From: an uncultured Gammaproteobacteria bacterium
Lineage (GTDB): Bacteria > Pseudomonadota > Gammaproteobacteria > GCA-001735895
Direction: 5' to 3'
Length of the DNA: 64,000 nucleotides
Assembly: GCA_963934675.1 (NCBI GenBank)
Contig: CAWVZP010000001.1
Location: 105 to 64,104 of the forward strand
Part shown: positions 10,378-19,893 of the stretch, piece after piece
Layout: every line of letters starts with the position of its first letter
How positions within the stretch are numbered: position 1 is the first letter of the stretch
Notes under the pieces: model-generated
The model's database searches: none
What the model was told of the DNA's origin: nothing
Seen by the model: the letters and a program-made list of their open reading frames with translations, nothing else
Program-made: the position numbers and the translations under genes

Positions 10378-10989
10378 TTATTTAATGCCCGCAATATAAG
10401 CAGCAACCGCCATCATTTCTGTATCCGACATACGGGCGGCAACATTGCGCATGGTTTTACCGGTATCGTTGGTTCGTGACCCTTCTCGGAATTTTTTTAA
10501 TTGAGACACAACATATTCAGGTTGTTGACCTCTCAACGAAGGCCAAGCTGCTGCTGCATTCCCTGAGCCATTAGGTCCATGGCAAGCCATACAAGCAGGT
10601 ACTGATATTTCAGTAATGCCGCCACGGAAGATACTTTCACCTTTTGCGATTAGTTTATCGTCAAATTTTATTGGCTTAAGTTCCAGACTCTGGTAATAAG
10701 CAGCGACATCTTGTATGTCGGTTTCGGTGGCAAGAATACCTGCCATACCCTGCATTGTTGCGTTGACGCGTGCACCTGATTTGTAATCGTTTAATTGTTT
10801 TGCTAGGTAAGAAGCATGTTGACCAGCTAAGCTCGGCCAAGTACCACTCATACTATTACCATCTGCACCATGACAACCAGCACAAGCGGCACTTTTTGAT
10901 TTGCCAGCTTGAATATCTGCTGCGTACGAGGTAAGTGACATTAAACTGAATAATACAATTACAAAGGCTCTGGTACAGCTCGATTTCAT
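10378..10989 (-). CDS. Diheme cytochrome c4
   Basis: Signal peptide and two CXXCH haem-binding motifs (CAGCHG, CMACHG) in two ~90-aa repeats. Total length 203 aa. Confidence 0.85.
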   Translation of the reverse strand: MKSSCTRAFVIVLFSLMSLTSYAADIQAGKSKSAACAGCHGADGNSMSGTWPSLAGQHASYLAKQLNDYKSGARVNATMQGMAGILATETDIQDVAAYYQSLELKPIKFDDKLIAKGESIFRGGITEISVPACMACHGPNGSGNAAAAWPSLRGQQPEYVVSQLKKFREGSRTNDTGKTMRNVAARMSDTEMMAVAAYIAGIK

Positions 10990-11087
10990 GACTTCTCCTA
11001 ATTATTATTGATGCGGATTCGGAATTTTGGGCAATAACCTATATCATACACTAGCTCCCCATTCAACTTGAGTATAAAGACCTATTT

Positions 11088-11678
11088 ATGAGTAATTTGT
11101 TCCAACAGGCCCAGTATTTAACCAGTGCCTTCGAATTATCCCAGATCTTGCCTGACGAGGGTAGGGAAGTTGCTTTCGCAGGGCGGTCTAATTCGGGAAA
11201 GTCTAGTGCTATTAATTGCCTGACACATCAGAAAAAATTATGTAAAACGAGCAAAACGCCTGGACGAACTCAGCTTATTAATTTTTTTGGTATTGAAGAG
11301 AGCAGACGCCTGGTTGACCTGCCTGGTTATGGCTTTGCTAAGGTTCCCACTAAGTTAAGAGAGCATTGGGGCACTGTGCTTTCTACCTTTTTGCTCGAGC
11401 GTAAGGCTCTAGAAGGTCTTGTGATCGTGGTCGATATTCGTCGAGGTATTAGTGACATAGATCAAGCCTTGATTGATTTAGCTGGACAACAAATCGATTT
11501 ACACATTCTTCTAACCAAATCCGATAAATTGTCCAAAGCGGCTATTAGTAAAACCATGTCTGCTGTTAAAAGAAGTCTTGATGATGAAAGGCACTCCGTT
11601 TCTAGTTTGTCAATTTTAAACCGCCAAGGATTAGAGCAGTTAGAAACAAAGTGTGCCGAGTGGCTTGCTTTAGGTTGA
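11088..11678 (+). CDS. engB: Ribosome biogenesis GTP-binding protein EngB/YihA
   Basis: G1 motif GRSNSGKSS, DLPGYG and TKSDK G-motifs. It is divergent from polA, the conserved polA-yihA arrangement. Confidence 0.85.
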   Translation: MSNLFQQAQYLTSAFELSQILPDEGREVAFAGRSNSGKSSAINCLTHQKKLCKTSKTPGRTQLINFFGIEESRRLVDLPGYGFAKVPTKLREHWGTVLSTFLLERKALEGLVIVVDIRRGISDIDQALIDLAGQQIDLHILLTKSDKLSKAAISKTMSAVKRSLDDERHSVSSLSILNRQGLEQLETKCAEWLALG

Positions 11679-11800
11679 TCTGCTCTTTACTTTAATACTA
11701 GAAGCTCCTTTCGGTTGGGAGTAATAAACCCTGACATACGTTTTTTATTTTCATTATTTATGATCAATCATGCAACACACCGTTACAGCTGTTCAACCTG

Positions 11801-11836
11801 AAAATAAAAAGACCCTGATAGTAAAACTATCAGGGT
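11801..11836 (-). terminator. Rho-independent terminator downstream of polA
   Basis: Perfect 10-bp inverted repeat accctgatag / ctatcagggt with a 5-nt loop. On the minus strand it is followed by a T-run (the plus strand shows aaaataaaaag just upstream). Confidence 0.5.
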
Positions 11837-12012
11837 AATTGGTTGAACCGGATGGGGTTCCGGAACTTTGTTCGTCCATAAGAGGGAGAACGAACAATAG
11901 CGCTCGGGCAATAGCGCCTTTTAATTGACACTAGGCTTTTTGCTAAGTTCCCATCGTTGTTTTTTTGTTAGCATTTATTTCCCGCGCTTTATTTTTTGTC
12001 ACCCACCGTTGA

Positions 12013-14727
12013 TTAGTGAGCTTCGTGCCAATTAACACCAACACCAGCATCTACTTCTAATCTTACCGTTAGGTCGGCAGCGCCCGTCATTAGTGTTGAG
12101 ATTTCCATTTGTGTACGCTCAATGTCGTTACTTGCTACTTCAAAAACCAGTTCGTCGTGAACCTGCATAATCATTTTAGTATTATCACCATCTGCCTCTA
12201 GCCAGCGATGCACTGAAATCATTGCTCGCTTTATAATGTCGGCAGCAGTGCCTTGCATCGGTGCGTTGATTGCAGTTCGCTCTGCGTATTGACGCAGCAT
12301 TGCTTTACTGGCGTTAATATCCGGTAGATACAAACGACGACCAAAAACAGTCTCTACAAATCCTTCATCGTGAGCGCGTTGTTTGGTTTCATCCATATAT
12401 CGGCGGACACCAGGATAACGATCAAAATAAGTATTGATATAGGCCTGAGCTTCGTTTCGTCCGATGTTAAGTTGATTACCCAATCCAAATGCTGACATGC
12501 CGTAAATCAAACCAAAGTTGATGGCTTTAGCAGCCCGGCGCTGCTCGGCATCAACTGTTTCTATTGGTGCACCAAATACTTCGGAAGCTGTTGCTCTATG
12601 AACGTCAATTCCTTTATCAAAAGCCTCAAGCAAACTTTCATCGGCTGACAGGTGGGCCATGATGCGAAGTTCTATCTGCGAATAGTCGAGTGCCAAAACA
12701 CTATTACCTGGTTTTGCTATAAAGGCTTCTCTTATTCGGCGCCCTTGCGTTGTTCGAACGGGTATATTTTGTAAATTTGGATTAGTAGAAGATAGACGAC
12801 CGGTTGATGCAATGGCCTGTTGATAAGAAGTGTGGACTCGGCCAGTCGATAGATTTATCTCTTTAGGGAGTTTGTCTATATAGGTGGTTTTTAACTTATT
12901 CAGACTACGGTGCTCGATTATCAAAGCTGGTATTTCATAGTCACGCGCTAGTTCTTCTAAAACAGATTCAGCGGTCGAAGGCTGACCCTTCGGTGTTTTG
13001 CGTAAAATAGGTAAACCTAATTTGTCATAAAGAATGACCTGTATCTGTTTTGGAGAGCTTAAGTTAAACGACTCTCCAGCCTTGTCATAAACTGAAGCTT
13101 CAATTACTGCTAACTGAGCATCAACCTCAACACCTTGTGCCTGTAATTTTTCGCGATCGATTAAAACGCCATTTTGTTCAATTTTTAGAAGTACTTCTAC
13201 CAAAGGTAATTCGATGGTTTGGTAGACATTTTTTAATCCAGTTTCGACTCGCAGTTGTTCGCTTAGGTGATTATAGAGCTGGTAAGTAATATCAGCATCT
13301 TCGGCCGCATATTTGGTGGCTTCGACTATGTCAATATTATCAAAGGTAACCTGTTTTACACCTTTACCAGCGATATCTTCAAAATGAATGGTATCGTGGT
13401 TTAGATAATATTTCGCTAGTGCATCCATGTTATGACGAGTGGCAGTTGAGTTGAGGACGTAGGATTGAAGCATCGTATCCTGCGCAATGCCTTCCATGTG
13501 AATGTCTTCACCAATAAAAATATGGCCATCATATTTTATGTTTTGACCAATTTTTCCAATATTAGGGTTTTCAAGTATTGGTTTAAGGGCAGCAAGAACG
13601 TCTTTCTTTTTAAGTTGTGATGGAACACCTTCATAGTTATGGCAAAGTGGTATGTAACAGGCCTTTCCAGCTTCGATACAAACCGAAATGCCGACCAGTT
13701 CTGCCACCATATACTCGACACTGGTGGTTTCGGTATCAATCGCAAACAGTTGACTCGCTTGCAGTAACGCCAACCATTTTTCAAAAGCATCGTTGGTTAG
13801 AACGCATTCGTATTCATCAGCTTTGTTTGATTCAACCTGAGCTACTGGTGCACCCAATTGTTCTGGCTGTGAATTAATTAAATCATCGTACCAACGATTA
13901 AAACCAAATTGTTGATAGAAGGCGGCGAGGGTACCGACGTCTGTCGCCGACTGTATTAGTTCATCTATTTCGACCTCCGTCTCGCAATCTAATTTTATTG
14001 TAGCCAATTCATAAGACATTGGCAGGAAGTCTAACGAATCTCGTAAGTATTCGCCGACCTTGCCTTTGATTTCATCGGCGTGGTCCATAACACCTTGTAA
14101 GCTATGGTATTGGGCCAGCCATTTAGCCGCTGTTTTAGGGCCAACTTTTGGGACTCCCGGAATATTGTCTGAGGTATCACCCATGAGTGCCAAATAGTCG
14201 ATTATTTGATTGGGTTTTACCTGAAATTTTTCGGGCACTGTGTCGACTGTCATTAACTGGTTGTTCATAGTATTAATGAGGCGTACGTTTTCGTTCACCA
14301 GTTGAGCCATGTCCTTGTCACCCGTTGATATTAAAACTTCATATCCAGCTTTTACTGCAGCGACTGCCATAGTGCCTATAACGTCATCCGCTTCGACTCC
14401 TCCAATACTGATTAAGGGTAAACCCTGTGCTTTAATGATTTGATGCAGGGGTTCAATTTGAACTCTGAGTTCGTCTGGCATAGGAGGGCGATTGGCTTTA
14501 TATAATTCATATATGTCATTACGAAAGGTTTTACCTTTAGCATCAAATACAACGCCAATATTGTCCGGTTTTTCGTCCATGATTAGTTTGCGTAGCATAT
14601 TCAATACGCCATAAATTGCTCCGGTCGGATGGCCATCAAAAGTTAATGGCGGCATACCGTGGAAAGCTCGGAACAAATAGGAACTTCCGTCGACTAATAC
14701 TAATTTTTTTCGATTTTCTTGATTCAT
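12013..14727 (-). CDS. polA: DNA polymerase I, 904 aa
   Basis: A 5'-3' exonuclease N-terminus, a 3'-5' exo domain and a Pol A family palm. Conserved motifs include DYSQIELRI, RRAAKAINFGLIYG and QVHDELVFE. Confidence 0.95.
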   Translation of the reverse strand: MNQENRKKLVLVDGSSYLFRAFHGMPPLTFDGHPTGAIYGVLNMLRKLIMDEKPDNIGVVFDAKGKTFRNDIYELYKANRPPMPDELRVQIEPLHQIIKAQGLPLISIGGVEADDVIGTMAVAAVKAGYEVLISTGDKDMAQLVNENVRLINTMNNQLMTVDTVPEKFQVKPNQIIDYLALMGDTSDNIPGVPKVGPKTAAKWLAQYHSLQGVMDHADEIKGKVGEYLRDSLDFLPMSYELATIKLDCETEVEIDELIQSATDVGTLAAFYQQFGFNRWYDDLINSQPEQLGAPVAQVESNKADEYECVLTNDAFEKWLALLQASQLFAIDTETTSVEYMVAELVGISVCIEAGKACYIPLCHNYEGVPSQLKKKDVLAALKPILENPNIGKIGQNIKYDGHIFIGEDIHMEGIAQDTMLQSYVLNSTATRHNMDALAKYYLNHDTIHFEDIAGKGVKQVTFDNIDIVEATKYAAEDADITYQLYNHLSEQLRVETGLKNVYQTIELPLVEVLLKIEQNGVLIDREKLQAQGVEVDAQLAVIEASVYDKAGESFNLSSPKQIQVILYDKLGLPILRKTPKGQPSTAESVLEELARDYEIPALIIEHRSLNKLKTTYIDKLPKEINLSTGRVHTSYQQAIASTGRLSSTNPNLQNIPVRTTQGRRIREAFIAKPGNSVLALDYSQIELRIMAHLSADESLLEAFDKGIDVHRATASEVFGAPIETVDAEQRRAAKAINFGLIYGMSAFGLGNQLNIGRNEAQAYINTYFDRYPGVRRYMDETKQRAHDEGFVETVFGRRLYLPDINASKAMLRQYAERTAINAPMQGTAADIIKRAMISVHRWLEADGDNTKMIMQVHDELVFEVASNDIERTQMEISTLMTGAADLTVRLEVDAGVGVNWHEAH

Positions 14728-14856
14728 ATTGATGCGCTACAATGCCGCCCCTGAAGAATGTCGTTAAAAATTTCCGAGAGCTAATTTTTTGAATTTGATC
14801 TTTAATAATATCACAGCTGTTCACCTTTATGCTGCGCTAAACTATTGGTGCCTTTG

Positions 14857-15825
14857 ATGTCTGTCTATACAAAAGTTGAGCCTGATGAGCTATTTACTTT
14901 CCTACAGCGCTACTCTATTGGCAAATTAATTCACTATGCCGGTATCAGTGCTGGGGTTACAAACACTAACTACTGGCTAGAAACAGAAATGGGTCAGTAT
15001 GTACTTACCCTATTTGAGCATCTTGATAGTGCAGGCCTTGATTACGTACTTGGCTTACAACATCACCTCGCGGACAAAGGAGTTAATTGCACAGCTCCAA
15101 TAGTCGACAATGAAGGACTGCTATTTTCGCCTTTAAATCACAAGCTGGCTACTATTGTTAATCGAATTCCAGGGTCTGTTTGTCGAAACCCTGCTGTTGA
15201 TCAGTGTCGCCAGATTGGCGCTGAACTTGCAAGATTTCATCTGGCTGGGCTCAGCTACAACAACCAAAAATCTAATAGTCGTGGCCTTAACTGGTGGAAA
15301 TCGATTTCTCAACAATTGCATGATGTATTAGATGACGCTGATCTAAACCTGATTGATCTGGTCATTGAAGATTTCGAACTGACTGATTTTGCCGACCTGC
15401 CACAAGGCGCATTACACGGCGATTTATTTCACGACAACGTGTTATTTGATGGCGATTGTTTGGGTGGTATTATTGATTTTGACTATGCCTGCTACGATTA
15501 TCTGGTCTACGATATTGCCGTTACCGCTAATGATTGGTGTATTGACAGTGAAGGTGCACTACTGCCAGAAAAAATGTCGGGTTTTATTGCGGCTTATAAT
15601 GAGATTAGGCTGTTACAAGCGTGTGAACTTACAGCGTTGCCAATAATGCTTGAAGTAGCGGCTTTACGTTTTTGGCTTTCTCGACTCTATGATTTGAATT
15701 TTCCGCTTAAAGGTGAATTGACCTTCGTTAAAGACCCGGTTGAGTTTAGAAAAATACTGTTATTGAGGAGAGAAAAGCCTATTTCATTTACCAACACAAA
15801 AACTGGAAAATATAGTTCCGAGTAA
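14857..15825 (+). CDS. thrB: Homoserine kinase type II (aminoglycoside-phosphotransferase-fold ThrB, Pseudomonas type)
   Basis: APH/choline-kinase fold with the brenner motif (HGDLFHDNVLF) and DFDYACYD. The N-terminus resembles Pseudomonas-type ThrB (..LxxFLxxYxIGxL..GIxxGxxNxNY). It is adjacent to polA, as in pseudomonads. The ORF-track start at 14845 is probably 12 nt too long. Confidence 0.6.
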   Translation: MSVYTKVEPDELFTFLQRYSIGKLIHYAGISAGVTNTNYWLETEMGQYVLTLFEHLDSAGLDYVLGLQHHLADKGVNCTAPIVDNEGLLFSPLNHKLATIVNRIPGSVCRNPAVDQCRQIGAELARFHLAGLSYNNQKSNSRGLNWWKSISQQLHDVLDDADLNLIDLVIEDFELTDFADLPQGALHGDLFHDNVLFDGDCLGGIIDFDYACYDYLVYDIAVTANDWCIDSEGALLPEKMSGFIAAYNEIRLLQACELTALPIMLEVAALRFWLSRLYDLNFPLKGELTFVKDPVEFRKILLLRREKPISFTNTKTGKYSSE

Positions 15826-17136
15826 ATCATCAGAGGTAAACTCGCCCGTTATTTCGTTGAGGTGTTGTTGGGTAATACGTAAGTCTTCTGCCATTAATTC
15901 GCCAGAATGTGTCTCTGTAAAAATTAAATGGGCTTGATTAAGGCTTGTTTGAGCGCTAATTAAAGCTTCCACGTGTCTTCGTCTGGCTAATATTGTCTGG
16001 TTATCTAGATTATAATCAGAATCTTTTCCAACGATTAAATCAATCAGGGCGTCGATTCCCTCTCCACTTTTGGTTGAGATAAAGTAATCACTAACTTTCA
16101 GTTCAATTGGTTTAGCGAGTAGATCTGACTTACTGAAAATTAAATGATAATTGGATGATACTAAGGCCTCGACTATTTTTTGATCGTCTGGCGTTAGACC
16201 AAGATTACCATCGACCAGCAGTATTATTGTGTCGGCTTTGTCAATTTCCAACCAAGCTCTTTTGATGCCTTCTTGTTCGACGAGGTTATCAGAGGCACGT
16301 AATCCAGCTGTATCGTTAATGCGAACAGGAATGCCTTTCAATGAAATATTTTCACGTAAGACGTCACGGGTTGTACCGGGTATTTCAGTTACAATAGCAG
16401 CTTCATATCCAGCCAAATAATTTAGTAGGCTTGATTTACCTGCGTTGGGCAAGCCAACAATAGCGACATTGAGGCCATCATTTAATATTCGACCACGTTC
16501 GGCTTGCTTAAGTAAGTTATCAAGGCTTGATCGACAGCTATCGAGTTTTTCTTGTATTGAACTATCAGCCAGAAAGTCTATTTCTTCTTCAGCAAAATCA
16601 AGTGCGGCTTCGACGTAGGCTCTTAAATAGATTAGTTCAGATACCAGATATTTAACTTGAGACGAAAATTGGCCCTCTAGTGATCGTATAGCGGCTTTTG
16701 CGGCGGCGCGACTGCCCGATTCAATCAGGTCAGCAACAGCCTCAGCTTGAGCAAGATCAAGTTTTCCGTTAAGGAAAGCACGTTCAGAAAATTCTCCTGC
16801 TCGCGCTAGTCGAGCGCCTAAAGAACAAATTCGTTCTAACAACATGTCTAGTAGTATTGGGCCACCGTGCCCCTGAACCTCTACAACATGCTCACCTGTA
16901 AATGAATGTGGAGCCTGGCTATAAATACAGAGACCATGATCAATTGGGTGGGAGGTTTCATCGAGAAACCTTCTAAACAGGGCACGACCTTTTTCTAAAG
17001 TCGTACCCGTTAAGACTTGAGCAATTTCAAGTGCACTTGGACCTGATATACGAATAATACCAATGCCACCAATACCTGGTGGTGTTGCAACCGCTGCGAT
17101 GGTTTCAACAACGGGTATTGATTTGTTGTTAAGCAT
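15784..17136 (-). CDS. mnmE: tRNA modification GTPase MnmE (TrmE)
   Basis: N-terminal [19 protein letters not shown]-domain [12 protein letters not shown] and a C-terminal ...FCVGK tetrapeptide. It sits at the conserved position downstream of yidC. Confidence 0.9.
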   Translation of the reverse strand: MLNNKSIPVVETIAAVATPPGIGGIGIIRISGPSALEIAQVLTGTTLEKGRALFRRFLDETSHPIDHGLCIYSQAPHSFTGEHVVEVQGHGGPILLDMLLERICSLGARLARAGEFSERAFLNGKLDLAQAEAVADLIESGSRAAAKAAIRSLEGQFSSQVKYLVSELIYLRAYVEAALDFAEEEIDFLADSSIQEKLDSCRSSLDNLLKQAERGRILNDGLNVAIVGLPNAGKSSLLNYLAGYEAAIVTEIPGTTRDVLRENISLKGIPVRINDTAGLRASDNLVEQEGIKRAWLEIDKADTIILLVDGNLGLTPDDQKIVEALVSSNYHLIFSKSDLLAKPIELKVSDYFISTKSGEGIDALIDLIVGKDSDYNLDNQTILARRRHVEALISAQTSLNQAHLIFTETHSGELMAEDLRITQQHLNEITGEFTSDDLLGTIFSSFCVGK

Positions 17137-17160
17137 TAACTAAACGACTGTTGTTGGTGA

Positions 17161-18816
17161 TTATTTTCCACCAGATTCAATACGTTTAGTAATAACCCAT
17201 TGTTGAGCGATTGATAGCGAATTGTTTACAATCCAGTAAAGTACTAATCCAGCTGGAAAAAATGCAAAGAATATAGTAAAAACAAAAGGTAATGCCATCA
17301 TAACTTTTGCTTGAATTGGATCAGGTGGTGCAGGATTCAATCGCTGTTGTATGAACATGCTAATACCCATAATGACTGGCATAACGTAGTAAGGGTCCAT
17401 TACTGATAAATCTTGAATCCACAAAATAAAAGGCGCCTGTCGTAGGGCAACTGTTTCTAATAGAGCCCAATACAACGCAATAAATACTGGGATTTGAACT
17501 AGCATTGGTAGACAGCCACCCATTGGGTTTATTTTTTCGGTCTTATATAGTTCCATCATTGCTTGATTCATTTTCTGACGATCATCACCATGTCGCTCTT
17601 TCAATTTCTTTAAACGCGGTGCTACCTTGCGCATTCTAGCCATTGATCGATAACTGGCTTCAGAGAGTTTATAGAAAACAGCTTTGATGGTAAAAGTTAA
17701 CAGGATGATTGCTAAGCCCCAATTCCCAACATAACTATGATAAAACGAAAGCAACCAGTACAAAGGTTTAGACAGAAAGGTTAGTACGCCATAGTCCACA
17801 GTAAGATCTAGCCCCGGTGTAATTTCTTCCAGTCGCTCTACTAGTTTAGGGCCAACAAAAAATTGGCTGTTAAACTCCGCACTGCCGCCGTTAGTGACCG
17901 TTTTATTAGCAGATCGCATACCTATTGTGTAGGTCGCTGGATAACGATTTGTGCTAGAAATACTATAAACGAGGTTGGCGCCTTCTTGTGCGGGTATCCA
18001 AGCTGATAAAAAGTAATGTTGAATCATTGCTATCCAACCACCTGTCGAATTTATTTTTAGCTTTTCGTCTTCCATGTCATCAAAACTAAATTTGGTATAT
18101 TTATCTTCCTCGTTGTAATACACAGCACCCGTGTAGGTATTAATTAATTTTGATTCTGATAGTGGTCGAGTTCGTTGCAATTGGCGATATTCACTGCCTT
18201 GCCAATCGGATCCAGAATTATTTAAAACAGTATGTTCAACATTGACTAGATAGTCACCTTGGATGAATCGAAAAGTTTTTACGACTTCAATACCATCTTG
18301 GCGCCAGGTCAGCGGCACTAATAGCTCGTCGTCGCCCTGGGCCATAATGTAATTCTGTTTTTGTGACTCAAAAATACTGTGATGTGTAGGAGCGGTATTA
18401 GCTCTGTTGCGAAGGCCACTTTGCAAAATATGCACCGTATCCTTGCTACTATGTACAAGCTCAAGAAACTCATTGGGGTCGTCTAGTGTTAGTGGATATT
18501 TTTTTAACTTAACTGACCGAATGACGCCACCACGACTATCAATGACAACAATAATAACATCTGTTTCAACTGTTATAAGTGACGCGCTGGCCTGGAGTGT
18601 ATCATTTTGTATTTCAATATTTTTACTGCCCGATTGATCATCTATATCTGGCAGGTCTTCCATATTAACAAGGTTAGGTAGATCTTGATTGGAAACCTCA
18701 TTGTTACTTTGTTCAGCAATGACTGGCTGCGGGCCATAGTCAACTTGCCACTGTTGCCAAATTAACATTCCGACAAATGCGGTTGCTGCAAACAGAAATA
18801 GTCTTATATTGTCCAT
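17161..18816 (-). CDS. yidC: Membrane protein insertase YidC
   Basis: A large periplasmic domain plus the conserved C-terminal five-TM core (..GGCLPMLVQIPVFIALYW..). The start is taken at MDNIRLFLFAA..WQQW by homology; the ORF-track start at 18885 would overlap yidD. Member of the rpmH-rnpA-yidD-yidC-mnmE cluster. Confidence 0.9.
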   Translation of the reverse strand: MDNIRLFLFAATAFVGMLIWQQWQVDYGPQPVIAEQSNNEVSNQDLPNLVNMEDLPDIDDQSGSKNIEIQNDTLQASASLITVETDVIIVVIDSRGGVIRSVKLKKYPLTLDDPNEFLELVHSSKDTVHILQSGLRNRANTAPTHHSIFESQKQNYIMAQGDDELLVPLTWRQDGIEVVKTFRFIQGDYLVNVEHTVLNNSGSDWQGSEYRQLQRTRPLSESKLINTYTGAVYYNEEDKYTKFSFDDMEDEKLKINSTGGWIAMIQHYFLSAWIPAQEGANLVYSISSTNRYPATYTIGMRSANKTVTNGGSAEFNSQFFVGPKLVERLEEITPGLDLTVDYGVLTFLSKPLYWLLSFYHSYVGNWGLAIILLTFTIKAVFYKLSEASYRSMARMRKVAPRLKKLKERHGDDRQKMNQAMMELYKTEKINPMGGCLPMLVQIPVFIALYWALLETVALRQAPFILWIQDLSVMDPYYVMPVIMGISMFIQQRLNPAPPDPIQAKVMMALPFVFTIFFAFFPAGLVLYWIVNNSLSIAQQWVITKRIESGGK

Positions 18817-18829
18817 CAAATTACTCTGG

Positions 18830-19066
18830 TCAGATTTTGGCGTTAGTTGTTTTAGGTTGGGGCACAGGATCGTAACCACCGGCATGCCAAGGATGGCAAC
18901 ATGAAAGACGTTTAATGGTTAGAAATAGGCCTTTGAACACTCCATGTTTCGAGATGGCTTCAATGGCATAGTGAGAACAAGTAGGGACATAACGACAACT
19001 ACTAGCTAAAAATGGGCTTAGCAAATATTGGTAACTGCGTATTAATAAAATTAGAATCTTTCGCAT
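18830..19066 (-). CDS. yidD: Membrane protein insertion efficiency factor YidD
   Basis: 78 aa. Conserved LIRxYQxxLSPxL..CRYxPTCSxYAIEAI..G..KG..LTxKRxxxCHPxxxGGxDPVP signature. It lies between rnpA and yidC. Confidence 0.8.
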   Translation of the reverse strand: MRKILILLIRSYQYLLSPFLASSCRYVPTCSHYAIEAISKHGVFKGLFLTIKRLSCCHPWHAGGYDPVPQPKTTNAKI

Positions 19067-19111
19067 GGTTTATTGGCATCTTTTATCTGTAGCTATCAAT
19101 TACCTGAATTT

Positions 19112-19474
19112 TCAGGCACATCGACTAATAATGCTATTCCAGTGTTTGTCCAGACAAGCTTTTAATTTCGTGCTGTCATTTAGCAAAATTTGCTTTCGCA
19201 CCATCACAACTAGATCTCTTGCCGGTAAACGATGCTGATTTTTTCTAAAACTCTCTCTAAATACTCTTTTTAAGCCGTTTCTATTTACGGCTTTTTTTAT
19301 CTGTTTTTTTGCTATAGCAAAACCAATTCTAGGGTTTTCACTGGTATGTGCACTTACCAGAATTGTAATGCCTGCGTCGCCAAATCTATTATTTTTACTA
19401 AAAACATGCCGAAAATCTACAGCGGTTGTCAGTCTCAATTGCCTTGGAAACGATTCCTTGGCTTTATCTGTCAT
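19112..19474 (-). CDS. rnpA: RNase P protein component
   Basis: 120 aa basic protein with an RnpA-like N-terminus (FPRQLRLTTAVDFRHVF..). It lies immediately downstream of rpmH; its start is 3 bp after the rpmH stop. Confidence 0.85.
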   Translation of the reverse strand: MTDKAKESFPRQLRLTTAVDFRHVFSKNNRFGDAGITILVSAHTSENPRIGFAIAKKQIKKAVNRNGLKRVFRESFRKNQHRLPARDLVVMVRKQILLNDSTKLKACLDKHWNSIISRCA

Positions 19475-19476
19475 TA

Positions 19477-19611
19477 CTAGGGTGTTAGACGAGCTCTGCC
19501 TTTAGCTCTACGAGCTTTAATTACATTTTGGCCGCCGCTTGTTTGCATACGTGCGCGGAATCCGTGCGTTCTTGCACGCTTTAAATTACTTGGTTGAAAA
19601 GTACGTTTCAT
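19477..19611 (-). CDS. rpmH: 50S ribosomal protein L34 (44 aa). Below the ORF-track size cutoff; found by manual translation.
   Basis: The reverse strand translates to [44 protein letters not shown], a near-canonical L34 sequence, directly upstream of rnpA. Confidence 0.85.
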   Translation of the reverse strand: MKRTFQPSNLKRARTHGFRARMQTSGGQNVIKARRAKGRARLTP

Positions 19612-19739
19612 GTCTTATATCTCAGATAATTCTACTTGTCGGTTTCAACAAGGCGCGATAATGTACTTTGACGACGACTCTACGTCAACCCTTAATGTTA
19701 GTGTATTTATGAGCTATTGGTAATAGCTTAAGAACAAGC

Positions 19740-19790
19740 TGTGGATATTAATTTATTTAGCCTATCAGGCTTTGCTATGCCTGTGGATAA
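19740..19790. promoter_or_regulatory. DnaA boxes in the rpmH-dnaA intergenic region (dnaA promoter autoregulation / possible oriC half)
   Basis: A perfect TGTGGATAA (complement of TTATCCACA) at 19782-19790 and a 1-mismatch TGTGGATAT at 19740-19748, within 150 bp of the dnaA start. Confidence 0.5.
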
Positions 19791-19893
19791 GTATATTATT
19801 GTTATTCTTTATGTAATTTAAGAAAACTCTAATAAAAATATTTTTTTGCTTTCTTTCTAATTTAATTTACTACTAATAACAGGGTTTTCTATT

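Noticed and set aside
13536-13877. Two short ORFs (84 and 86 aa) inside polA, and a 62-aa ORF at 14636-14824 overlapping the polA start.
   Set aside because: All are shadow ORFs within or overlapping polA and have no independent support.
18407-18637. A 76-aa plus-strand ORF inside yidC. A 63-aa ORF at 16229-16420 inside mnmE is of the same kind.
   Set aside because: Both are antisense shadows of well-supported genes.
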